Of a DNA stretch of 64,000 nt, positions 23,660-36,684 are shown in pieces. The notes below the pieces were generated by a model. It did not search any database, had not been told where the DNA came from, and saw nothing but the letters and a program-made list of their open reading frames with translations. Positions within the stretch are counted from its first letter, which is position 1, and every line of letters starts with the position of its first letter. The DNA comes from Octopus sinensis (Eukaryota): the NCBI RefSeq assembly GCF_006345805.1, contig NC_043000.1, positions 86,304,001 through 86,368,000 on the forward strand. Reading direction: 5' to 3'. The position numbers were made by a program, and so were the translations under genes.

Positions 23660-24353
23660 TTTGTGGCGTCTGTAATTCCGAACTTTACCATATATTGTTC
23701 GCCAAATTCCCTTTAATAAATACATTGGTCGAAAAATCCTATAGGTGCATGCACTGGCAGAAACACACCTTTCACTCATATGAATGATGATTAATATAGA
23801 TAACCTCCTTGAATTTTAATAATTTGGTTCCATTTATACATCACCCCCATAGTCAAATTTTTATACTCATAAAAGACTACTACCCAATTCATTGAGGTAT
23901 GTTTTACCTTTGTCTCTCTACCTCACCCTCCTCTCTCTCTCTTTCCCTCTCTCTATCGTAAGCACAATCAAACACACAGACACAAACCTGTCACTTCACC
24001 ACTGTTTGTTTTTGGCATCTAACCAACCACACACACAATCACGCACACACATACACACACATAGACACGAATGCAGTTATATACATACACACACATAGGC
24101 ACTCAATCACAAAAGAAAACAACAACAAATCAACATTCATATGACTTGCACCCTGTCACCTTCCTATTCTTAGACCTCTCTCCCTCCAACATTGTTTGAA
24201 CCCTTGAACTTTCGAGAATCTTCTACATTCAACCATTTTTGACGTCACTGATTATAACGGAATATTTTAAAGAAACACTCATTATCACTATGGGCTCCGT
24301 GTAGGCAGTCATCTAAAAGTTTTTGTTCATCTTGATGCTGACATAAGTTCCTT

Positions 24354-24438
24354 GTTTTTCCTGATGAGTGGCATAATGCACCCCTTATTCCTTCGAAATT
24401 AGGAATATGCAGCCTTCGAAACATATGTCGAGAATAAA
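24354..24438 (+). ncRNA. Type I hammerhead motif with canonical core and branched stem II
   Basis: TTTTC / CTGATGA-G...C-GAAAC-ATAT-GTC / GAGAA; the base of stem II is weakened by a small deletion relative to the 23543-23596 copy; predicted cleavage after GUC at 24429. Confidence 0.72.
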
Positions 24439-24675
24439 GGAATTTTGTTAAATCGTCGTTCAACTCCATTCTTTCATTTACTTGAATTAAAAAAACAGAC
24501 AAATTTCCCACCCGAAAGCACGTGATCTCTGCCCTTGGCATGTAGCTTCAACCGTGTTTTTCTGACGTGAATTTGCTACCCAGGTATCGTTTAACCGAAT
24601 TATCCATACTAAGATAATTCATTCAATTACTTATATATATATATATATACACATATATCATATATATTATATACA

Positions 24676-24905
24676 TCATCATCATCATCATCATCATCGT
24701 TTAACGTCCGTTTTCCGCGCTAGCACGGGTTGGACGGTTTGACCGGGGTCTGGGGAGCCAGGGGCTGCCCCAGGCTCCAGTCTGATCTGGCAGTGTTTCT
24801 ACAGCTGGATGCCCTTCCTAACGCCAACCACTCCGCGAGTGTAGTGGGTGCTTTTTACGTGCCACCTGCACAGGTGCCAGAGGGGTCTGGCATCGGCCAC
24901 GATCG
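24676..24905 (-). mobile_element. RTE 3'-tail fragment
   Basis: (CAT)n tail and GTGGCACGTAAAAAGCACC repeat unit, as in 57160-57495. Confidence 0.85.
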
Positions 24906-25655
24906 GTTATTGCCTTTTTTCGTTGCATTGCGGCAGGGGGAGGGTTCCGGCAGAGAGAAGAGAGGGAGAGAAAGTGGGGGTGTGTGCATGTAATATAGGG
25001 GAGCACCAGTGGGGAAGGTTTGGGGTAAAGAGAAACGATGATAGGTAGGGTTAGTGGCAGACATATATATATATATATATATATGTTACAGACTCTCCCG
25101 TCGTTAGACGACATATGAGGGTTTGGCTTATACATACATCTATATATATATATATTTATATATATTATGTATATTATATATTTATGCATATATGTTCACA
25201 CACACATAAACACACACACATGGATTATGTAAACAGCTGGATGAAAAAAAGAACCCATAGTTTTAACACTTGTACTTATTATCCTAGTATAAGAGGATAT
25301 TAAAAATGGGTTGACAGTGGGAGTTATTGAGAAATTAAATGAATAAGATAGGAGAAATTATAAATCTACCAAGAAATTATTTAAAAGTCATAATGTTGAA
25401 TTTCTTAATTACACATCTAAGTATTTTTAGAGACACCATGTTCTGAAGTATGGGTTTCCAAACTATGTAAGAAAAAAAAAAGTAATATGATTAAAAGGGT
25501 GGAGTACACCAATGCTGTATTGTGACTCTTTTTCTTGAATAATATGAATGAGATGTATAATGTAAAATAACACAATTATCTTATATATATCTATACAAAT
25601 GTATAAATAGATAATGAGTAAAGCATCAGCTTTAGATATATATATATATATATAT

Positions 25656-26135
25656 CATCATCATCATCATCATCATCTAGTGTTTTAAATTCGGTTTTGT
25701 CCCTTTTAACAGGGGTGGCCAGATTTACCTCAATGCCATAGCAATCACCCCCACACCATCTTGCTATCTTAGCCTGTTTTAGGACTCCTCCCTTCTGAAG
25801 CCAACCTTCCCAATCTTCTCCTCCACCTGTTCCTTCCATGTTGTCCTCAGTCTACCTCACATTCTTGGTCCATTTACCTAAAACTCAAGCACCCATCTCA
25901 GAACATGCTCCTCATCCCTCCTCAATACATGCCCATACCACCACACTCCATTCACCCTTGCCAGCCATTCCATCAATTCCTCTATATCTCCATCATGCTT
26001 CACTCCACACATTTCTCTCACCATTGCTCTCTCAGTCTTTCTCAAAATTGCCATCTATCTCTCCCTTAGACACCATGTCTCAGTCCCATACAGCATTGCA
26101 GCCCTCACGTAACCGCTATAGACTCTTCCTTTCAT
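25656..26135 (-). mobile_element. RTE-clade LINE 3' fragment (second RTE family)
   Basis: Shares blocks with 4455-4690 (ACTCCATTCACCCTTGCCAGCCATTCC; TCCGGTTTTGTCCC.TT..ACAGGG); (GAT)n tail. Confidence 0.8.
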
Positions 26136-26141
26136 TTTCAA

Positions 26142-26142
<1 letters not shown>

Positions 26143-26217
<75 letters not shown>

Positions 26218-26237
26218 GTATATATATATATTATATA

Positions 26238-26280
<43 letters not shown>

Positions 26281-26322
26281 CATATATGTATGTATATATA
26301 TATAATATATATAATATATATA

Positions 26323-26359
<37 letters not shown>

Positions 26360-26360
26360 C
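26143..26360. repeat. Long interrupted (TA)n microsatellite
   Basis: Direct inspection; similar tracts at 13403-13452, 16233-16275, 23325-23484, 39590-39830, 41075-41165, 42051-42137, 55420-55590 and 55998-56195. Confidence 0.97.
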
Positions 26361-27293
26361 ATATAAATGTATGTATCTATATATATTTATGAGTGTGTAT
26401 GTATATATGAGTATATATATGTGTGTATATATGCATGTGTGAGTGTGTGTGAGTATGTATGTTTGTGTCTCTCTGTCTTAATATCATGTGATAGTTGTAA
26501 ATGAATATCACTATCATGTTATCTGGCTTGGAAATGGGTGGGGGTTAACGACAGGAAGGGCATCTGATCATAGAAAATCTGCCTCAATAATCTCCCTCTG
26601 ATCGATACAAGCATGGAAAACTGGACATTATGATGATGATAATGATGAAACTGACTTGTAGACTTAGCTACTCTAAGCAAGAATGGAGATAAAAAATAGG
26701 CAAGGGAAAATAATCTAAAAAAGTGATGGTGACAAGATATTTCCTCTTAATAATATATATAGTAGCATCCACTGAAGATTGCTCAGCTGATGTGAAAATA
26801 ATAGTATTGCAAAATTGATGCATACAAATAGCATTGATTTGTAAAAGCAATATGGCTGGCTGTTTGGCATGAAAAAACAACAATAAAACAATTTTCTAAA
26901 ACTGACATCAGCAAAATGAAATAATTTCCTGAAGTACAAGTAAAGAGAAAGCAAAATTTTATAAAGTCATCTTTTTTTCACCCAAACTGCTAAGAATTTT
27001 ACTGATGATTTACAAATCCACATGCTGAAACATATGTAGAAACTTACATAACACCTTCCTATATTAGGATAAATTGTGAACTTTAGATAATATCCGGTAC
27101 AAAAATATCTGCAAATATTTATCTCCTAAAACAGATGTTAACATTCTTGACCTCTCCAAAGGAAATTTTTAGAATTCTGCTTCAGGGATGTTAGAGTTGA
27201 TAATGTCTAAAAACCATTCTGGTATTTTGGCATAATCTTTTAATATTGTGATGTCTGCAGTATTATACAAAATGCAAAAGTGAAAAATATTCA

Positions 27294-27520
27294 TTAACCC
27301 TTCCGTTACCATATTTACTTTGAGATGCTCTGTGTTTCTTTCAATTAATTTTAAATTAAAGAATTTAGTAAAATAACTTAGTTATCATTAAGCTGGTTTA
27401 AGGAACATAAAATTGTGACTAAGGTTTAGAGAAAGATTTTAATTCAAAACTTATGAAAACAAGACATTTATACTACAGAGCCAGAGGCAGTTTCAGCCGG
27501 GTTGATATTGAAAGGGTTAA
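27294..27520. mobile_element. TTAA-flanked MITE, piggyBac-like termini (copy 2)
   Basis: TTAA|CCCTTCCGTTACC ... GATATTGAAAGGG|TTAA; colinear with 18099-18325. Confidence 0.82.
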
Positions 27521-28344
27521 GACTAATAGAAGGAAATAGCTATTTGCATGTGTAAATTTTGACATAAGCAAGTAATTCTTTTTATTGTAGATCAGTATCA
27601 TTATGAAGGAATTACTGTAAAGTCTGTATAGCAAAGATATTTCATGATTATCTACATCATTTAATATGCATAACTTTAGCAAGCAGTAATAATTCAAACA
27701 AGAAAAAAATTTGTATATTCTTTACCATTTTACATTTTTCTAGTTCAGTTATGGTAGGCTTGATGAATAAAAGAACCAATTTTAGATAACTAGTTATTTA
27801 TAAGATGTCATCCAAGAAATGGGTATCTCAAAGTAAACAGAGATGCTCAATGATAATTAGAAGAACATAGAAAAACAAACTGTCAAAATACCTTATATGT
27901 AAATTCTAATTGAAATCAACATTTTATAGTGATCTTAATTAGACCTTATCAAGAACAGACCATAAAATAAAGAACCAGCTAGATGAATGTAATGAATACT
28001 TCATTAATTTATATATGGCCACAAACAATAGCCAAGTTCCAATATTCATATGTCACACAATTTATTTAACTAATTAGCTCATATATATTTGAAGTCATTT
28101 ATGTCATTAATAAAGGTACAACAGCAAATATTACTTGAGATAAAACATTTGTTCTATTAGTGTGTGTATATATATACATATATATGTGTATTATGGGGTA
28201 CAATCCAATATCTAATATCCAAGGTTTCATCACTCCTGAAGGAGGAACCTTCTCCCTACTGGACTCCTTCCACTACAGTCTGTCTCAGGCCAGTGTGGCC
28301 ATTTAGGCACCAGGTAGCTAGTGAGATCATTTTGCCATTTTGTC

Positions 28345-28356
28345 TTTGTATGTATG

Positions 28357-28390
<34 letters not shown>

Positions 28391-28690
28391 TGTATGTATG
28401 TATGTATGTATGTATGTATGTGTGTGTGTGTGTGTGTGTCTGTATGTATGTATGTATGTGCAAATGTGTGTGTATGTCTTTGTGCTTGTGTTTGTCTCTC
28501 TCACAGCTTGTCAACTGGTGTGTTAGTTTGTTTACATCCCAGTAATTTAGCTGCTTGGTAAAAGAAGCTAATATAAGTACTTGACTTAAAAAAAATAAGT
28601 CAGCAGGTCAAGTTGTTTGACTAAACCCTTCAAGGTGTTGCCCCAGTATGGCTGCAGTGAAATGACTGAAAGAAGTAAGAGGCAAATGAG
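28345..28690 (+). mobile_element. (TATG)n/(TG)n tract plus 3' half of family-A SINE
   Basis: AATAAGTAC..AATAAGTC..GACTAAACCCTTCAAGG..GAAATGACTGAAA matches the SINE 3' half. Confidence 0.75.
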
Positions 28691-30049
28691 GAAAGGTATA
28701 TATTGAGGTCACAATATGTATACTTTAGTGCCGTTAGAGGCTACTTTGAAATCCAATCACATGTCTATGTTTCAATAGAAAAACACATGACTTTGATATT
28801 TTATTTTTACTTTATTGAGCATTATATTACAATTATAATACCATAACCCTATCACCCACATAAAAAAGCATTTGAAAGTATTGAAAACTAATGAAATTTA
28901 AAAAAAAAATGAAAACCTTCCTTTGAATATAAAAATATTTTATTTTAATCAGAGACTTTTAAAATTATAATTACAACATTAACACCTTCTTTACATAAAT
29001 ATTTACAATGAATTTTGTAATGTCTTTTGATATGGAAATTCTCAATGCAAGGAATGAAGCAGAGTTCAGACTACTTGACACAGTGTCCAATGCTGATAAA
29101 ATAAAAGACAGAATATTGAAGAAGACCCTGGGAAAGGCAAATTTTTTAAAGGCAACTGGCTAATAATAAAAGATGCCATTGGAGATGTAGGAAGCAAAGC
29201 TTGAAAAGTGTTAATCAATGAAATTAAAGTATTAAGTATATTGAAGTTTACAAATTAAATATTAATTATTTTTTGTCTGTAAGAATACCAATAAACCAGC
29301 TCTGGTGTCAGATGATAACAAAGACAGCTGTTTCAGTTTTCTTGCAACAGCCAGTAGTAAATTAAAGAAAAAAGCATGAAAGCTTAGCAGTATGTTCAGA
29401 GTTAAGTAATTATTGCTTCATGTTAGACAATATAAAACAAACAGATTTTTTTCTTAACATTCTCACGACATATTCTGAAAAATCTGTAAAACTGACTTTA
29501 CACAGAAAAAAAAAATGTGAAAGAAGATGTTTCTTATAGAATTCTGTATTACAGTATAATTTTGTTTATTCAGAAATAAAAATCTTTACGAGACTTCTAC
29601 ATTTTCTAAATTGCAAAAATCTCTAATCTAAAATGGATTCTATGGCTGAATTAATAACAGAGTAAAAATATCAAAATAATTAAAATATAAAAATATCAAA
29701 AATAGAAATATTAAAATATAAAAATATTCCAAAGAATTTAGTTCAAAATATCTAATATTTTTTTAAAGTTATTCACAATAACACAACTGAATTAAAGAAA
29801 AAGAAAATATTGTGGTTCTGCAAGATGCCACGTAACACACCACTATGAAATGAATCTAAGCTTTTACACAGTATAATTTCAGGAATTCATTGATTAGAAT
29901 AGTAATTACCATTTATTGAAAAGAGAATAACTGCAAAAATTACACAATGCATGTGTAATACCACTTTACACAAATAATCTTGTTTTTTAAAAACTGCAAT
30001 ATTTTGAGGCACTTCAAACATTTTTATAAAGTTATAAATACCATAATCT

Positions 30050-30395
30050 TTTTTCATGAGATGTTGTTCACTGTTGACTACGCCTCAACCCATGTTCACT
30101 ATTCACTGTATTCACCTCTATCCTAATCTTTAACCATCTTTCACACTCTCATGAACCTCTCCACCCAGCCATACTCAATTTTTTGTCTCTATTCTTTCTT
30201 TATCCACCTTCTAGTACTTTGAGGGTATGCTCTGATACCTCATCTTTACTATCCTTTCTTGCTTTCCTTCTTAGGTAGCCATATATCTCCTCTATAGCAA
30301 GTTACCTGTTTCTCAATCTAACATATTTTAATATTTCAACATCTGATGCAAAGACACATCTCTCAATATTGCACCTCCACTCTGTCAAGGGGTCT
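30050..30395 (-). mobile_element. Heavily decayed RTE-like LINE 3' fragment
   Basis: Composition and broken minus-strand motifs resemble an RTE ORF2 C-terminus; many stops. Confidence 0.45.
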
Positions 30396-32107
30396 TGTTT
30401 TGTGAGTTAATTGATGACCTTAGTAGTGTCAGTCCCACGGCAAAAGCACCCAGTGCAATCTGTAAAGTGGCTGGCATTATGAAGAGCATCCAGCAATAGA
30501 AGCAGACATAGGAGCCCAACATAATCCTTTGGCTTGTCATCTCTTGTTGAATCATCTACCATATTCCAGCATAGAATATGGACATTAAATGATGAAGATG
30601 ATAATGACGGCAATGATGATGATGATGATGATAATAATGATGTGACTTTATTGTCATTAACAATAAGCATAATATAAAATGGTGAAGATAGCAAAACAGT
30701 AGACTAAATTGTATTTTACTCAATCTGTGAAGGAAAGGCATTACCTGAAACTCTTTTACACACTCCATGACTGCGGGAATGATTCTACTATGATCTTAGA
30801 ATTACTTTGAAATACTAACAATGTTTAAATGTAGCAGATAATAGTTATCAAAAAAATACAGTGAGGGAGGAGTTCCACAGAAATACATTGGTAAGGAAAC
30901 TGTTTAGTATGGAATTAAAAGAGCAGTGAAAAATATTAGGACTGAAGAGAGCAACAGGTGGGGGTGGGGAGAAATGTATTTCTATAATTTATAAGTTCAT
31001 AAAACCTTAGCTATATAGTATCAAAGACATTATATATATAAATTCACTTATTTTTCTAAATTAAGGCTATTTGAGTATACAGTGTGAAAACTCTATATAC
31101 TCAGTTATGTTTATTTTCCCAAATTACATCATTTTCAAGGTAAATATGACTCAAAGTCAAATATGAAGCTTGTCAACATATATTTACCAGCACCACAACA
31201 AAAGCATCATGTTCTACCACATGCCAGAACTACTCAATGAATCCAACAACCTTTTGCATTCAATAAAACACTTAAATGACTTTTAATTAATGTATATAAA
31301 TTATAATTAGCACAAATACTTAGCAAAACACACTATAACCATTCATTAGAACAACAATTAATTTATACAAGGAAATTACAACCATAGGATATAAGCAAGG
31401 TATCTGACAAAATTATTCAAGGCACACTGTATAATAGTAGGCATACAACTAAACACATACCTGTCTGAAACATTGATAAAACTATGAACAAAAAATACGA
31501 AACTTGAAATATCATTTTCAATACACTGGTTTCACAGTTCATGGTTGCAATCAATTCTGGCAAACATGGCCCTTGAAGCTACTTTCTAGATAAAACTTTT
31601 TAGAACAATACCCTTTCAATGTTGGTCTATATATCTTATAAAATCTATGTTGAATTATACTTCCTTTTGGAGAGCTAACAAAACTAAAACATGTCACGCT
31701 CAGTGTTATTTCCCCCACTTATTAAAAATCAAACCACATTACTATTTGTCTCCATCAATTTTTAATCAATTTATATTTCAAAGTTATCTCTCTTGCCTTT
31801 CCTGAAAAAATTGTCATTATCTCTAATTACTTGTCTTTTCATTACAGATTTAATTTGTATTATTTAATGGGGTTTTTCTTTTTTTGCTCTCACTACATTA
31901 TGTTGGTCTGCATTATAATCCAATTTTTTCAGCTTGGTTCCATTCGTTAAGTGACAGTGAAAAGTATTAGTCTCTTAAAACTAAATAGTTGCAACAATAT
32001 AAAAATTCTCCAATATGTTGTCATATTATTCTAAATAGCACTTGATCTTGACAAGCACAAGACACATATAGGGAACATCAGTTGCCACACTAAGCTAAAA
32101 TTCTTTG

Positions 32108-32328
32108 CTAAGAACTAATAATGACCGTTCTCACTGAGTCCCAAGGATTACAATTTTGTACCAATGGAAGAATGTTATCTTCCTCAATGACTTGGCACCT
32201 TTTTTTTCTTTCTGTGATGCAATATGCTGCACTGCAATCAGCATGGCAAACAACTGCATGGTGGACTGTACAGTATGGTGCATTACACGGAGAAGTATGG
32301 CCTTGAAGAAAATTTAAGTCTAGTATAT
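32108..32328 (-). CDS. Candidate terminal coding exon, Cys/His-rich, unidentified
   Basis: GTCATTTTAG| acceptor, then 72 open codons ILDLNFLQGHTSPCNAPYCTVHHAVVCHADCSAAYCITERKKRCQVIEEDNILPLVQNCNPWDSVRTVIISS*; followed by about 3 kb of repeat-poor, 3'UTR-like sequence. Confidence 0.35.
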
Positions 32329-33218
32329 CTAAAATGACAGACTAATCTGTTATTCTTAAATGTTGCTGATTTCCCTATATGGCCTTAATCTGTTACTCTT
32401 AAGCATTGCTGATCTCCATACCATAAGTTCCCTTGAGTAGATGTGATTGGTGTAACTCAACAGCAACAATAACATCAATAACAAGATATTGAGAGAGCCT
32501 CTATGCAGTCACCCACTCTGTTAAAAATTGCAGCAAAATTTTCCTTGAATTGCACTAAACTATCATAGAAAAGGAAGAACACATTAAATGTCATTGTCCT
32601 AGATATAATAAAAATATTGGGTGGTCATGGCTGGAATGACTTTGACTGCAGATCTGATTGATTAGTACTGACCAGGAGTTAAATAACATTATGACTATTA
32701 CAAGGTTTGAACATATAAAATTAAGATCAAAAGAGCAGTACCTAAACCACATAGCTATTGTACAACATATAGACATATAATGTATTCAAGATATATAGAA
32801 CAATTATACACTTCAACAATTTATTCTAATTCTTGATCAAATTATAGTTATTAATCATGAAAATGAATGAAGACTTATTAATTGCAGAATAAGTTAAAGG
32901 TATTAATTTGTCAATATAGAATTAAAATATATAATGGTAGGCAGACATTTAAAACTTTTATGAACAAATAACAATGACTTTTGAAAAGCAATTATGAAAA
33001 TAGACTTTTCGAATGTCAATAACAATGAAAGACGTATAAAATTTACTGAAATAAATAATTATTATTCAACAACAAATCAATTTGAGGATCAAAAAAGGTC
33101 AACATTGATACATAGGTTTTATAAAGCCAAATGACTATGATAGAATTTCTAAGAAGTTATTTCAGAAACATGGAAAATATTTTCTAAAGAGAAGTATAAG
33201 TACTTATGGTTTATTTAC

Positions 33219-33283
33219 CTTAAGTAACTGAGATGCAACATCAGGAAATCCATTATGTGAGGCTAAATGTAATCCACAATAAC
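33219..33283 (-). CDS. Ankyrin-repeat coding exon (65 nt) of a minus-strand host gene
   Basis: TTTTAATTCTATTTCTAG|GT TAT...CTT AAG|GTAAAT; (G)YCGLHLASHNGFPDVASQLLK fits ankyrin spacing G-x-T-P-L-H-x-A-A-x-x-G-x-x-x-V-V-x-x-L-L. Confidence 0.65.
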
Positions 33284-34119
33284 CTAGAAATAGAATTAAA
33301 ATAATTGAGTAAAATTATTGTTAAAATAATTTTATTTATTTATTTATTTTATTTATTTATTTTGTGATCAATAGTAAGGAAGAACTCTTTAGTTAGCAAA
33401 CAGTAGTTCAATATAAAGATATAGAACTATCAAGGGAAGTTACTAAATATAGCACCTTCTTTCGGTAGCACCAACTCAGAAGTAAAATATAGGCACTGTT
33501 CCTTTATCATTTAAAAATGTGAATAAAGGATGAGAAAAATTGGAAATAAAAGTTAAATTCAGTAAAAGACTCCTCATGTTGGCATAAGACAACAAATCTG
33601 GCAGAAGATGAGGAATACAAGTTAAACATTTATGTCTTCATGTCAGCATTTAAAGAGATGAGAATTTGTTAAGAATGGGAATTAAAACCATGTCACAAAT
33701 TTGATTTTCTTGGAGCTTACCGCTGATATTCATTTTATGTAATGATTTATAGAATATCCTTTATCGATATATCCCAAAGACTAGCCTTCTTATCTCCTGT
33801 ACTAGCCTTCCAACATATTCATCTTTCCTCCTCTCATCATCCATATAACATTTCCTATTCCAGGCCCCACACTAAATATTTTTCTCCAATCATTTTCCCT
33901 GCATCATTACCCCTATGTAATTCTCTTTGTTGAGAGGCTGTTATGCAAGCTAAATATCACTGCATCAACCTTGTCACACTTGGAACAACTGTAAAAGGCA
34001 TGGATACAGCTCCTTCTATCTAATAAAACTGTAAAAACTATTATGAATGGTTTTAGCTTATAGCACAGTTTTATTTGTAATCTGATACTAAATTCTATTA
34101 CGGATAATATACATAAACA

Positions 34120-34260
34120 TATGCAAGCATGGTTGTGTGGTTAAGAAGTCTGCTTCTCAAATGTATGGTTTTGGTATAGTCTTACTGCACAGCAGCTTGG
34201 ACAGCTGCCTTCTACTATAGCCCCAGGCTGACCAATACCTCATGAATAAATTAGGTAGAC

Positions 34261-34262
<2 letters not shown>
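34120..34262 (+). mobile_element. 5' half of tRNA-derived SINE (family A), diverged
   Basis: GCATGGTTGTGTGGTTAAGAAG..CTTCTACTATAGCC. Confidence 0.7.
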
Positions 34263-34336
<74 letters not shown>

Positions 34337-36684
34337 ATGTGTGGGTGCTTGTGTTAATATTTGCATTCAGTGCAGAACTATAAACAAATTTTTTATTTTG
34401 TCATTCCTTGTTGTCATGTTGTCTGCCAACTCTATGTTTTCAAAGATGAATGAAATTAAAAGTAGGTAAGGGTTAGCAACAGGGTGAGCATCCAGCTGTA
34501 AAGCAATGTCTCAATGATAAGCATTTGTCTTGTCCATGCTATTAGCATGGAGAAACAGATATAAAATGAATGAACACAATGAACAATTGTTAAAGAAATA
34601 AACTCTTGTTGAAGGTATCGTTCAAGAAGAGAATGTGTTTTTTTATTTCATTTTTACATTTAGATAAAACAGGAATTTAAACAGGAAAGTTTCAGAGATG
34701 CATAAAAATCTTATTTTCTCATACTTCCTATATTTTATTTAGAGGGGTTATGCTTTAAACCATTGAGGGGGACAGACTGATTAACTATTAACTTAATCAT
34801 TTGGTATTTTCTTTTATTTTGTACTTAACAACATATAAAATGTACAGACAGTGTTAAAATAGACACATTTCATTACAAGTAAGGCTATTGAAATGCTGAG
34901 TAATAATGAAGCAATTCAATGACAACCCATGGAAATTCTATATTCATACATTCATAGCATTCAAATACGAAATGTACTGTAGATAAAAATGCAACAGATA
35001 ATTTGCAAAAAATTTACTTTTTATGTAAAGACACTCTGAAAGAAAACAAAACAAAATAATAAATTATGTAGGATTTTTCGCATGAAATTAATTATTTTGG
35101 ATGTTTAATTAAGAACAAAAAATGAAAATATGAAACCTATTTTGAAACTGGAGTTAATATTATATGGCTTGAAGTATTTTTTATCCCTCATCATTTTATC
35201 ATTACTTCCTTCTCAATTTCATACCTCTATACCTCATTCTATTTTGGCTACAAGGTAGAGTTGATGATATATATTCCTTAACTAACTTCTCAGTATCAAG
35301 TCTATTTTATATACCAGAATTCCTTCTTACATCTTCCTTTTTTTCTTAATCAAACTCTAAAATTTCATATTCTAGTGTCAATGTCGGTATTTTGAATTCC
35401 CAACTAAAGGCTAACACAAGATTTGAAATAATATAAACAAAAATATAATATAAGATAAAATATAAATAAAAATAAATTAATGATAGAGAAGTAATCTTCA
35501 CTTTTCTTTCGTAAGAAAATGGAGACAGAATTGGCAAAAATAAATAACATGACTGTTTATTGTGTCTGTTGGGACTACTTTGATGGAGATTGAGATGAAG
35601 GTGTTAAGTAGAACTGTGAAGGTACATTTATATAGATTCCAGACCAAAATAGTTCAGTACACTGATACTCTCTTCTCATTTCTTTGCTGATACTAAAATC
35701 AACAGTTTATGCTTTTAGTAAAAAAATCTTTGAAAGAAACAGGATTGAGAAGTTGGGAAGAAAATGGTTAGAAAAGAAAGATTATTCTCCAGAAAACAGC
35801 TGTTTACTGATGCTTGTAACAATAAGTTTGGAAATTACTGAAAGCTAACATATAAGACAACGATTCAAAGTAGTTTAAGTGTTGCCTTTTTTCTTTCTTT
35901 TCGTTTTGCTTGCTTTTCGATCTTAAAAAGATACTCACAGAGACATTTACAAGGTAAATAATGAATGAAAGGACAGGTGGAAAAACAATGTAAGGTTTTA
36001 GGCCAGGTGTAGAAAGCTCTTCACTCGCAAGATTTGTTATATTTTTATTGATTGAGTTGTTAGAATTCTCTTCTTTTCAGCTTGATATCCTTGTAATGCT
36101 GGTTGCTTTCACATTTTGTGTGAAATGATACAATAGAGTCTCTCTTTGAAGCTTGGAAAGCACTTTTATGAAGAGGTAAAGTATAAGATGTTAAAATATA
36201 TATGTAATAAAATAATTTCTTTTTTCATCAGTTACTAAATAACTTATTGAAAAATATCCACCAGATGAGCAGCATCATAGCTGTATGGTTAAGAAGTTCT
36301 CTTCATGATTATGATGTTTTTGGTTCCAGTCCATTGTGTATATTCTACCATAGCCTCCGATTGTCCTAATTATTGTGGATGGAATTTGGTAAAAGGAAAC
36401 TGTAAGAGATCAGTTCATTGGAAAGACCATTTTATTCATGAGTGGTAGATTTTAATTTGGACATTCAGCTTAATACTATCACCTAGCTTTTGAGGTGCTT
36501 TTAGCACAAGTATTTTGATCAGGCCTTAGATCAATGAACAACATCTTCCCTTCCCAGCACTCAACTTAGAGCTTCTGAAAAGGGTCATGCTATGTATGCT
36601 TCTATTCATGCGTATGTATATCCATATATACATGCATTGACACACACATATATGCAGTACCAGACCAGAATGTGTATGTATAAA

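Noticed and set aside
33721-33760. Minus-strand donor CAGCG|GTAAGC as the exon preceding the ankyrin exon
   Set aside because: It is phase-compatible, but an in-frame stop lies 14 codons upstream and there is no polypyrimidine acceptor in between.
36081-36175. Plus-strand exon candidate with a strong acceptor and GAG|GTAAAG donor
   Set aside because: Stops occur in all three frames.
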